DNA of 42,117 nucleotides from an uncultured Dehalococcoidales bacterium (GTDB lineage Bacteria; Chloroflexota; Dehalococcoidia; GIF9; UBA5629): NCBI GenBank assembly GCA_964510365.1, contig CAZEAR010000001.1, positions 1 to 42,117 of the forward strand, read 5' to 3'. Shown piece by piece: positions 8,280 to 15,126 of this stretch (position 1 is its first letter; each line of letters starts with the position of its first letter). The notes under the pieces were generated by a model. It saw only the letters and a program-made list of their open reading frames with translations, ran no database searches and was not told where the DNA came from. The position numbers and the translations under genes were made by a program.

Positions 8280-9277
8280 TGGCCGGATGGGTAGAAATAC
8301 CGAATAGAAATAATGTCCTGTGCCTGGACAATACAGATCCGTTTACCCCGGATGCTGATTACGAGCCAGCGACTAAAAAATATGTCGATGATGAAGATGC
8401 GATCGTTTATGCTGCAGCGGTCGCGGATATTGCCACTCATGCAGCTTTGACAACCGGTGTGCATGGTGCAGGCGGAGATACTTTAGCCACTGATGCAGAT
8501 ATTTCATCGGCTATTGCCGTACATGCTTCAATAATAGATGCTCACGGTTATACTCCTGCACAATTGCTTGATGATTGGCTGGATAGCGAACATTTATCAC
8601 AGGATTTCGGGGCGAGTTCAGCGAGATTAGTTAATTTTATACCTGAAGGTATTTCAGGCTTACCGCTATATGTAACTAACGGTGCTAAATCAGGTTTTGC
8701 AGCTAAGATAAATTCAGGTGGTTCAGGTGGTCTTACTGCAACCAATGTTCCTTATGATAATGATTCCAGAGAAGATATGTTCAATGGTCTTACGGCATAT
8801 GACGGAACAAATTACTGGGGTCAGATTGTTTTGCATAATACTACACGTGGTAATTCGAGGAAAATAGTATCGGTAGATCGGGCGAATAATGTAATTACCA
8901 CAACAAGTTCTACGGATGATTGGGCAGATAATGATGATATTACTACGAATTCGCCTACTGCTGGTATTACGAGGTTATTTGATATGGATTTATCAGCACA
9001 GGTAGGCTCTGAGGTGATTGCATTGTTATGTAATGCTTATATACAAGATAATGAAGGTGCTTACGATTCAGCAAGGCGTTTATTATTTCATCCATTCGAG
9101 TCTTATAATGATGGTAAATTATATTCTTTATGTCCATTGATAGCTTATTCCAGAGCAGATTTATTTTTTATCATACCAGTAGCGAGCCAAAAGATAATAA
9201 TGAGTTTTGAGAACGGATGCGAAGATTGCTACTTTGCATTTAGAGTAATTGGTAGATTTGAATATGCGGACACATAA
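8279..9277 (+). CDS. Tail fibre / receptor-binding protein
   Basis: The N-terminus has YEPATKKYVDDED and histidine-containing repeats (THAALTTGVHGAGGD, AVHASIIDAHGY) typical of fibre shafts. The C-terminal two-thirds are much more A+T-rich, consistent with an exchangeable receptor-binding domain. Confidence 0.6.
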   Translation: MAGWVEIPNRNNVLCLDNTDPFTPDADYEPATKKYVDDEDAIVYAAAVADIATHAALTTGVHGAGGDTLATDADISSAIAVHASIIDAHGYTPAQLLDDWLDSEHLSQDFGASSARLVNFIPEGISGLPLYVTNGAKSGFAAKINSGGSGGLTATNVPYDNDSREDMFNGLTAYDGTNYWGQIVLHNTTRGNSRKIVSVDRANNVITTTSSTDDWADNDDITTNSPTAGITRLFDMDLSAQVGSEVIALLCNAYIQDNEGAYDSARRLLFHPFESYNDGKLYSLCPLIAYSRADLFFIIPVASQKIIMSFENGCEDCYFAFRVIGRFEYADT

Positions 9278-9278
9278 T

Positions 9279-9527
9279 ATGGAATATAAAATAACTGAAG
9301 CTCATATAGTTAAATTGAGTGAATTTGATAAAAATTTGAAAGACACATTGCATGTTACTTTATTGATCGATGGCAGGGAATGTCATTTAGGCGGACTTCC
9401 TGCCGATATGACCAGGAAAGAGCTTGACGAATATATTGCAAAAGAAGCTGATAGAATTAAAAGAAAATCTATGGAATCAGAGCAACCGGAATCCAATATA
9501 CGGCCTGATTTATTGGACGAAGAATAA
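9279..9527 (+). CDS. Hypothetical protein
   Basis: The ORF is open from TTG 9249. ATG 9279 is the first start downstream of the previous stop (9275-9277). No Shine-Dalgarno seen. Confidence 0.4.
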   Translation: MEYKITEAHIVKLSEFDKNLKDTLHVTLLIDGRECHLGGLPADMTRKELDEYIAKEADRIKRKSMESEQPESNIRPDLLDEE

Positions 9528-9545
9528 AAGTATTAAAATAAAAAC

Positions 9546-9896
9546 ATGGATCAACTCGCATTAATAGGCTCACTGGCAGGCGGAAATGTACTTTTGGTCG
9601 GTGCGGTTATTTTCCTGGTGAGAGTTATTTATAAAAATGGTAAAAACGGAAGTACAAACGGAAGTAAAAGCGGTCAATATGTTACACATACTGAAGTAGA
9701 CTCCAAAGTAAATGGTTGTTATACGAGAATAAATGAACATATTGGCCAATCGAACGAACATTGCCGGATCCAGGTGGCAGCCTGCAGCGAGCTTCACCGT
9801 CAATTAACAGCGCAGGATGCGAAGCATGATGCTCGATATGATTCTATTCTCGGTATACTTGTGAGGTTAGAGAATGGAGAGCAAAAGAAGCGGTAA
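9546..9896 (+). CDS. Single-pass membrane protein (holin-like candidate)
   Basis: N-terminal hydrophobic helix LALIGSLAGGNVLLVGAVIFLVRVIY followed by a charged tail. It sits at the end of the late operon. Confidence 0.4.
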   Translation: MDQLALIGSLAGGNVLLVGAVIFLVRVIYKNGKNGSTNGSKSGQYVTHTEVDSKVNGCYTRINEHIGQSNEHCRIQVAACSELHRQLTAQDAKHDARYDSILGILVRLENGEQKKR

Positions 9897-10037
9897 TCGA
9901 AACATATTGTCCCTGCTGTAATGCAATTATGGACCTTCTCATTCCCGGTATAAATGGCAGTTCGCCGCGCTATATATGCCCGGAATGTGGAACAATATAT
10001 GATGAAGGCAAAACTATATTAAAGGGGGAATTGAATA

Positions 10038-10895
10038 ATGAGTGAATATGATCCTGAAAAAGATCCATGGTACGGAACGAAGGTAGCTGCAAATGATCTA
10101 GTATCAGCGATACTTGCGGTGCCGACTCGAATACTTATGAAAGGCACCGGTAGCCGGGTATTAATAATAGCCGGATCGATCTTATCTTCATTCCTTATCG
10201 CAATTCAATCCGGGCTTGAAGGCTATGCTTTGATAGCTGCTACGCTGGCTCCTGTGATCGGTGGCGGTACTTTTGTCGTGGCGAAGACGAAGCAACATAC
10301 GGATGAAGTGAAAGCTGCTTCTCAGGAAAAGGTGGTCGCTATCAGTACCACCGGATCAGCTGATGCAGCGACAACGAGCACAGCGAAAACGGCTGTAGCC
10401 AAAAAGGTTACTCCGGTAAACGTAGCCTGGAAAGAGCCTTTCAATGTTTTGACTGAGAAATTCATTGAAGGGGATCCGTACAGATCATGGGAAAATGCTC
10501 AGGACTGGCTTCTGATGGATCTAACCGATTACAAAGAAGAGATCCGCAGATCCTGGATGTATCAGCTTTACGCGGAGATATTCCGGCGACTCGATCTTGC
10601 GTGGGATGATGGCTTTTACAAGGCCGGCGCAACCGAGAATCCTCGTACCCCGGTCCGGAAAGATTTCGAAAGCAAAGATCTCACTGAAAAAGCTGAGAAG
10701 GAATTCGGCAAACTCATACCTTCTACCTGTCCGCGTTTGGGATACCAGGTTTACAATATCCAGAATCTCATACTCGGGTACATCAAAATGTACGAGCTCA
10801 GCGATTCCATGGAATTATTGAGAGACAAAACGATCGACTGGAAAAAGGTAAACACTCTCAATGATATAAAAAGGCTCGGTCTGGCGGCAGTATAG
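10038..10895 (+). CDS. Multi-pass membrane protein with a soluble C-terminal domain (lysis or exclusion candidate)
   Basis: AAGGGGG Shine-Dalgarno. Two to three hydrophobic segments (VLIIAGSILSSFLIAIQSGL, YALIAATLAPVIGGGTFVVA). Last gene before a strong terminator. Confidence 0.45.
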   Translation: MSEYDPEKDPWYGTKVAANDLVSAILAVPTRILMKGTGSRVLIIAGSILSSFLIAIQSGLEGYALIAATLAPVIGGGTFVVAKTKQHTDEVKAASQEKVVAISTTGSADAATTSTAKTAVAKKVTPVNVAWKEPFNVLTEKFIEGDPYRSWENAQDWLLMDLTDYKEEIRRSWMYQLYAEIFRRLDLAWDDGFYKAGATENPRTPVRKDFESKDLTEKAEKEFGKLIPSTCPRLGYQVYNIQNLILGYIKMYELSDSMELLRDKTIDWKKVNTLNDIKRLGLAAV

Positions 10896-10962
10896 AAGAA
10901 TATATGTTATAATGATCTTGCCTGTTTTCCTCACAGGCGACACTTCCTAATCCTTTCGTGTG

Positions 10963-10995
10963 GTCCGGTTAGCAATAGCCGGACTACTTTTTTTT
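10963..10995 (+). terminator. Rho-independent terminator closing the late/tail operon
   Basis: The GTCCGG (10963-68) / CCGGAC (10979-84) stem is followed by TAC and then eight T (10988-10995). Confidence 0.75.
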
Positions 10996-11007
10996 CGGCG
11001 ATAAGGC

Positions 11008-11046
11008 TTGACACCCCTTGACAAGCGATGATTTTAATGTTTTAAT
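11008..11046 (+). promoter_or_regulatory. Tandem sigma70-like promoters for the replication/early module
   Basis: TTGACA occurs at 11008-13 and at 11018-23. The second is followed by a 17-nt spacer and TTTAAT (11041-46). This sits directly after the terminator and before the 11105 gene. Confidence 0.55.
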
Positions 11047-11104
11047 TTTTACTGCGGAAGGAATCTCTCTTTAAACCTCTTCCAATTTTTTTGTGAGGTA
11101 TTTT

Positions 11105-12307
11105 ATGGATGATGTAATTATTGACGAGCCTATTGGTACCAGTCCTCAATTACAGCTGGTAAAAGTGAAGTTTTTCTCCCAGTCAACCGGTGAGCTCGCA
11201 GGTCGCGAGTATACCTATTTCTCTTTTGAGTTTCTGAAGATCGGCGATGTCGTGAATGCGCCGGCGAAAGAAGGCGTATTCAAAGCAGTAGTAACGGCGA
11301 TCGATGTCCCAGAATCGGAGATCGCAGCTTACCGGGACAAGGTGAAGATCATCCCCGCCGGATCTGTTTTACCCGAGAGCGAAAAATATGGCGAGATTGC
11401 CGATCGGCAGGGCGTAGAAGTAATTGATAATATTCCCTCGATTGAGCAGGAAAGAGTGATCATTACTGATCAGATGGCATCACAGCCGGAATTGAAAATG
11501 GATGATGGCATACAAGAAGAAACTGTAATAATGGAGCCGGTTGAAGCAGAGCCGTATGAAATGACTACGGCCATGGTCCGTGTCGGCCAGAGTGCCGATG
11601 AACTGAGTATGGAAGTTTTTCAAGTGAAGGAAATTACTACCACGGAGCTCCATGAACAAGCCGAGAAGTGGATATCGAAAATAAGAATTGAATTACAGAA
11701 TAATGAAAAAGCCCGGAAAGAGGATATTAAAAAACCGAGTGATTATGTTTCCTGGGTTAATGGTAAATATCGAGAGAAAAACGAACTTCTAAAACGTGCT
11801 GAAGGTCATTTACTTAAAATAATCGGTGTCTTTCGTCAGAAAAAAGAAGAAGAGCGGCGCAAAGAACAGGCCCGGCAGGATGAAATAGCGCGTAAGGCCT
11901 TTGAGAAAAAACAGGCTGAAGAAGAGGCTGCCAGGAAACGAGAGGCAGAGGCTCGCGCTGCGGAAGAAGAGGCGAAACGTAAAGGGGACGAAGAAGCCGC
12001 TGAAAAAGCTCGTCAAGAAGCTCAGAAAGCAGCGGCAGAGGCGGAGAAAAAAGCCAATGTGATTCCTGTGCCGGTTGCTCCTGTAGTAGAAACAGTTGAG
12101 AAAACATCAGATACCGGCGAGGCTAAAAATATATGGGGTACCGAGTGGGATTTCGAGATCGTACATGCCGATCAAGTTCCCCGAGAATATTGTATACCGG
12201 ATGAAAAGAGGATCCGGCAGTTTGCGAAGCTGATGAAGGATAAGGCTGCCATGGCGGGAGTCCGCTTCTTCGAGAAGCCGAAAGTACAGGTTAGGAGATC
12301 AAAATAA
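11105..12307 (+). CDS. Hypothetical protein with a central K/E/A-rich coiled coil
   Basis: The ORF is open from GTG 11093. ATG 11105 is preferred because of GAGG 6-7 nt upstream. The charged segment is KKEEERRKEQARQDEIARKAFEKKQAEEEAARKREAEARAAEEEAKRK. Confidence 0.55.
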   Translation: MDDVIIDEPIGTSPQLQLVKVKFFSQSTGELAGREYTYFSFEFLKIGDVVNAPAKEGVFKAVVTAIDVPESEIAAYRDKVKIIPAGSVLPESEKYGEIADRQGVEVIDNIPSIEQERVIITDQMASQPELKMDDGIQEETVIMEPVEAEPYEMTTAMVRVGQSADELSMEVFQVKEITTTELHEQAEKWISKIRIELQNNEKARKEDIKKPSDYVSWVNGKYREKNELLKRAEGHLLKIIGVFRQKKEEERRKEQARQDEIARKAFEKKQAEEEAARKREAEARAAEEEAKRKGDEEAAEKARQEAQKAAAEAEKKANVIPVPVAPVVETVEKTSDTGEAKNIWGTEWDFEIVHADQVPREYCIPDEKRIRQFAKLMKDKAAMAGVRFFEKPKVQVRRSK

Positions 12308-12732
12308 TGGATGAGTATACTCTATCATCTATGATAAATTTGTGTAGAAATGGTGTTTTGCAAATATGCCCATACTCACCGCAAGAAAGCAACTGCGGTG
12401 CATGGTGTCCAGCGTTTGCTATTTTAGAAGTTGGTAGTAAAACTACTGTGCGTTTGTATTGTTGTGGACGTGACATTGAAATAGCAAAACAGCAAGAAGA
12501 ATTTAAAGATCATAAACAGCGACATATTTTATTACACAGATATCTCGATGAATTGGTAGCGGATTGGATCACGCATACAGAGGGATTGCCTTCGAGATCT
12601 ACAATATTCGAATTGATGCAATGGGCGAATTGCCAAACGTATGATCCAACTGAAATAAAAGATAAAGGAGAAAGTGAAAATGAAACTGATCGAAGGACTC
12701 AAACAGATACAGGATCTTCAAAGGAAAGCTGA
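12307..12732 (+). CDS. Hypothetical Cys-rich protein
   Basis: 141 aa; its ATG follows the previous TAA stop directly (TAATG). Confidence 0.45.
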   Translation: MDEYTLSSMINLCRNGVLQICPYSPQESNCGAWCPAFAILEVGSKTTVRLYCCGRDIEIAKQQEEFKDHKQRHILLHRYLDELVADWITHTEGLPSRSTIFELMQWANCQTYDPTEIKDKGESENETDRRTQTDTGSSKES

Positions 12733-13189
12733 AGATCTCCGGGTAAAGGTAAGTAAGCATTCGGCTTACCTGAACTATGAAACTTCCGCTTACCCGGATC
12801 AAAGAAAACAGGTTAAAGAATGGATCCAGGCGCACCAGGATATTTTGAAAAAGATCCTGGAACTTCGGATTGCCATTCAAAAAACCAATCTCGCGACTGA
12901 AGTTACAATAGAGCTCGCCGGTAAATCGGTAACAAAGACGATCGCCGAATGGATCCACAGGCGGCGGGACCTGGCTAACCTGGAATTCGATATGTGGCGG
13001 AACTTGACCGATCGGGGATTGAAAGAAGGTACATTAACTCAATCAACCGATCAGAAGATGGATGTAAAGATCATGCGTTGTTATGATCCTGAAGAGCGGG
13101 ATCGCATGATGGATATGTTCCAAAGCGAGCCGACATTGATCGATTCCAAACTCGAAGTAGTGAATGCGGTAACTGATCTAATAGAATAA
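12680..13189 (+). CDS. Hypothetical coiled-coil protein
   Basis: The ORF is open from GTG 12674. ATG 12680 lies 9 nt after GGAG (12667-70). Confidence 0.5.
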   Translation: MKLIEGLKQIQDLQRKAEDLRVKVSKHSAYLNYETSAYPDQRKQVKEWIQAHQDILKKILELRIAIQKTNLATEVTIELAGKSVTKTIAEWIHRRRDLANLEFDMWRNLTDRGLKEGTLTQSTDQKMDVKIMRCYDPEERDRMMDMFQSEPTLIDSKLEVVNAVTDLIE

Positions 13190-13194
13190 AATAT

Positions 13195-13210
13195 AGGACC
13201 TTACAAGTAG
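13195..13210. repeat. Left arm of an inverted repeat bounding the noncoding island (AGGACCTTACAAGTAG)
   Basis: The reverse complement of 13559-13575 is AGGACCTTCCCAAGTAG, giving 8 bp + 7 bp of pairing around a small internal mismatch. Confidence 0.7.
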
Positions 13211-13304
13211 AGATAAAAACTGGTAAAAGGGAGCGTGAGTAATTGACGATACAATTGCATTTTGCAGCTAACAAAAATGGCTGCGACAGCTATGATAAAG
13301 CTGT

Positions 13305-13390
13305 TTGCCTAGGATCAGAGAGTCATGGGTTCGAGTCCCATTCAGATCTGAAAGGATTTGATAGCTCAGTGGGTAGAGCTTCTGAGGCAA
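13305..13390 (+). ncRNA. Circularly permuted tRNA-like element: tRNA 3' half, 5-nt linker, tRNA 5' half, with no anticodon loop
   Basis: 13315-19 TCAGA. 13320-24 five-nt variable loop. 13325-41 ATGGG-TTCGAGT-CCCAT (canonical T arm). 13342-48 TCAGATC. T13349. GAAAG linker. 13355-61 GATTTGA (pairs 7/7 with 13342-48, including one T-G). TA. 13364-79 GCTC-AGTGGGTA-GAGC (canonical D arm). T. 13381-85 TCTGA (pairs 5/5 with 13315-19). 13386-90 GGCAA pairs with 13305-09 TTGCC. Confidence 0.7.
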
Positions 13391-13558
13391 TCACATTCTA
13401 AAGGTAGCAAGGTTTAAGCGGAATAGATAGTATGGCTCAGAACCGGCAAGGTAGAATGTGGCAAGGGAGTAAGGCAGTATCTCGAAGCGAAAGCGGAGAG
13501 AATGACCTGAAGCAAGTTAAAGTTTCTCCATTTATGTCCAGGTTACTTTTCAGGCTTC

Positions 13559-13575
13559 CTACTTGGGAAGGTCCT
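13559..13575. repeat. Right arm of the inverted repeat bounding the noncoding island (CTACTTGGGAAGGTCCT)
   Basis: Complementary to 13195-13210. It can alternatively form a local 5-bp hairpin, CTTCC/GGAAG. Confidence 0.7.
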
Positions 13576-13598
13576 TATTAATTTAAAGAGGTATTGAA

Positions 13599-13880
13599 AT
13601 GGAATGGCGGCCGGAAGATTGGACAGATAAATATCAAAGCTGTGTAGATAATAAAAATTATTTCAGCGAGCAAGATCGTATGACTCTTGTGAGCCAGGCA
13701 CGAGTATATGAAGAAGGCGCGGATAATATGCTTGAAGCATTGAAACATCAAGTCGGTACTGCATATATCAAAGAAGATAAAGGGATAGCTACAATTGAAG
13801 TTCCAACAATGGGTACACGTAAGGGATGGTTAGTATTTATTCCAGATGAAGGAGATTCAAATGGCAGCGAAAGAGGGTAG
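13599..13880 (+). CDS. Hypothetical protein
   Basis: 93-aa ORF with GAGG upstream; first gene after the noncoding island. Confidence 0.5.
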   Translation: MEWRPEDWTDKYQSCVDNKNYFSEQDRMTLVSQARVYEEGADNMLEALKHQVGTAYIKEDKGIATIEVPTMGTRKGWLVFIPDEGDSNGSERG

Positions 13881-14028
13881 AATTTTCATCGAGATCTCAT
13901 GCGCTAACTGTGGCGCAGTAGTTAAAAACGGATGGTCATATCATCCGAAAGAGGATGAAAAAACGGTATGGACAACTTCCTGTCCGGTATGTAAACAACC
14001 TGCGAAAATAGAATTCACCGTTAATTAA
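13861..14028 (+). CDS. Small zinc-ribbon protein
   Basis: CANCG...CPVC. ATG 13861 is preferred over 13846 because GGAG (13851-54) lies 6 nt upstream. Confidence 0.5.
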   Translation: MAAKEGRIFIEISCANCGAVVKNGWSYHPKEDEKTVWTTSCPVCKQPAKIEFTVN

Positions 14029-14622
14029 ATGGCGATCAGATATCACGAGATCCCCGGATATGATGTGAGCTTTCCGGCGGTAACATCCCTGATCGAATTA
14101 TTTAATGAATACAAATTTATCAATTCCTTTATTCCGAAATCAGAAAACAGAGCCAATATCGGCACTCAGGCACACGATATAATTGCCAGGATAAATCAAG
14201 GTGGCCATATTGAAAAAGAAGAATGGAATAGCTTTAACAGTGACATACAAAATGCTGTCACGGCTTTTATACGATGGAAGAAGGCCACAGGATTTAAACC
14301 TAGACTCAATGAACAACTTCTCTATTCTCTTAAATACGGAATCGCCGGTCATGTTGATTCGATTGGAACTATTAAGCGTTCCGTTGGAGTGTTCGATTGG
14401 AAGCTAGGCGATATATACAATATCCGCGTAAAGTATCAAATCAGTGTATACGGTTTTTTATATCTCGAAATGTTCCCGAGTCGGACCTTGAACGAAGGAT
14501 TCCGGGCTGTTCATTTGGACTCGAAGACAGCCACTTATGATGAAATCAAGATCACCATGGAAGAAGCCGAGCAATATTTCAATGAGTTTATAAAATTTAA
14601 ACAGGAAGTGGGTATTATCTGA
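14029..14622 (+). CDS. PD-(D/E)XK (RecB/Cas4/YqaJ-like) exonuclease
   Basis: GTQAHDII, then GHVDS...VFDWKLG (D...D-x-K catalytic arrangement). It sits in a recombination-module context. Confidence 0.6.
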   Translation: MAIRYHEIPGYDVSFPAVTSLIELFNEYKFINSFIPKSENRANIGTQAHDIIARINQGGHIEKEEWNSFNSDIQNAVTAFIRWKKATGFKPRLNEQLLYSLKYGIAGHVDSIGTIKRSVGVFDWKLGDIYNIRVKYQISVYGFLYLEMFPSRTLNEGFRAVHLDSKTATYDEIKITMEEAEQYFNEFIKFKQEVGII

Positions 14623-14915
14623 TGTATTTATGTAAAGATTATTATGTAACTTCCGATCGATACAATCTGATATTACAGAAGGAATCTATCCGGGGAAATG
14701 GCCTGCCATACCGGGATAATATTGCATACTTCGGAGATCTACATGGTTTGTTAAAATATATGGTTGATATGGAATTATTCCTTACCGGCATGATAAGCCT
14801 GGCAGAGATCCATTTAAAATTAGAAGAGCTATATGATCTCATAGATGGCATGTATAACATGACGGCTGAAGAATTCCACGAAAGGATCCGGGAAGATGCC
14901 GTGAAAACAGCGTGA
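14622..14915 (+). CDS. Hypothetical protein
   Basis: 97-aa ORF with an ATGA start/stop overlap with the exonuclease gene. Confidence 0.45.
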   Translation: MYLCKDYYVTSDRYNLILQKESIRGNGLPYRDNIAYFGDLHGLLKYMVDMELFLTGMISLAEIHLKLEELYDLIDGMYNMTAEEFHERIREDAVKTA

Positions 14916-14952
14916 AGAGCTCACAGGACCATTCTAGAAAGGAGTCTAAACC

Positions 14953-15126
14953 ATGGAAAACAAAGCAGAGCCAAAAATTAATGTCGATATCGGACCTGGC
15001 CGTTGGGGAAAAACGTATTACATAACCGATTCAGAAGGTAGTAAAATAAAATTAAAACAGAAAGAAGCCTTATCGGTTGCCCGGCAGATCATTAAAGAAG
15101 AAGGAAAAAAAGGGGGTAAAGATTAA
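14953..15126 (+). CDS. Small hypothetical protein (57 aa), below the ORF-track cutoff
   Basis: AAGGAG (14939-44) lies 8 nt before ATG 14953. The product is MENKAEPKINVDIGPGRWGKTYYITDSEGSKIKLKQKEALSVARQIIKEEGKKGGKD. Its TAA stop overlaps ATG 15126. Confidence 0.55.
   Translation: MENKAEPKINVDIGPGRWGKTYYITDSEGSKIKLKQKEALSVARQIIKEEGKKGGKD

Noticed and set aside
13308-13349. tRNA 3'-half as an attP core for integration into a host tRNA gene
   Set aside because: No integrase or excisionase is recognisable in the complete genome, and an attP core would not be followed 5 nt later by the matching tRNA 5' half with a full D arm. This is not fully excluded as an evolutionary origin of the locus.
13305-13575. 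Two-piece (permuted) tmRNA gene
   Set aside because: The permuted order is reminiscent of one. However, the acceptor stem lacks the G3-U70 alanine identity pair, a full canonical D arm is present (tmRNAs lack one), and I found no resume codon or tag reading frame.
13190-13575. Natural permuted intron-exon (group I intron halves flanking ligated tRNA exons)
   Set aside because: The segment GCAGTATCTCGAAGCGAAAGCGGAGAGAATG (13474-13504) superficially resembles the 3' end of cyanobacterial tRNA-Leu introns. It lies on the wrong side for a permuted arrangement, and I could not find P7/R-S-type core elements or a U at the would-be 5' splice site.
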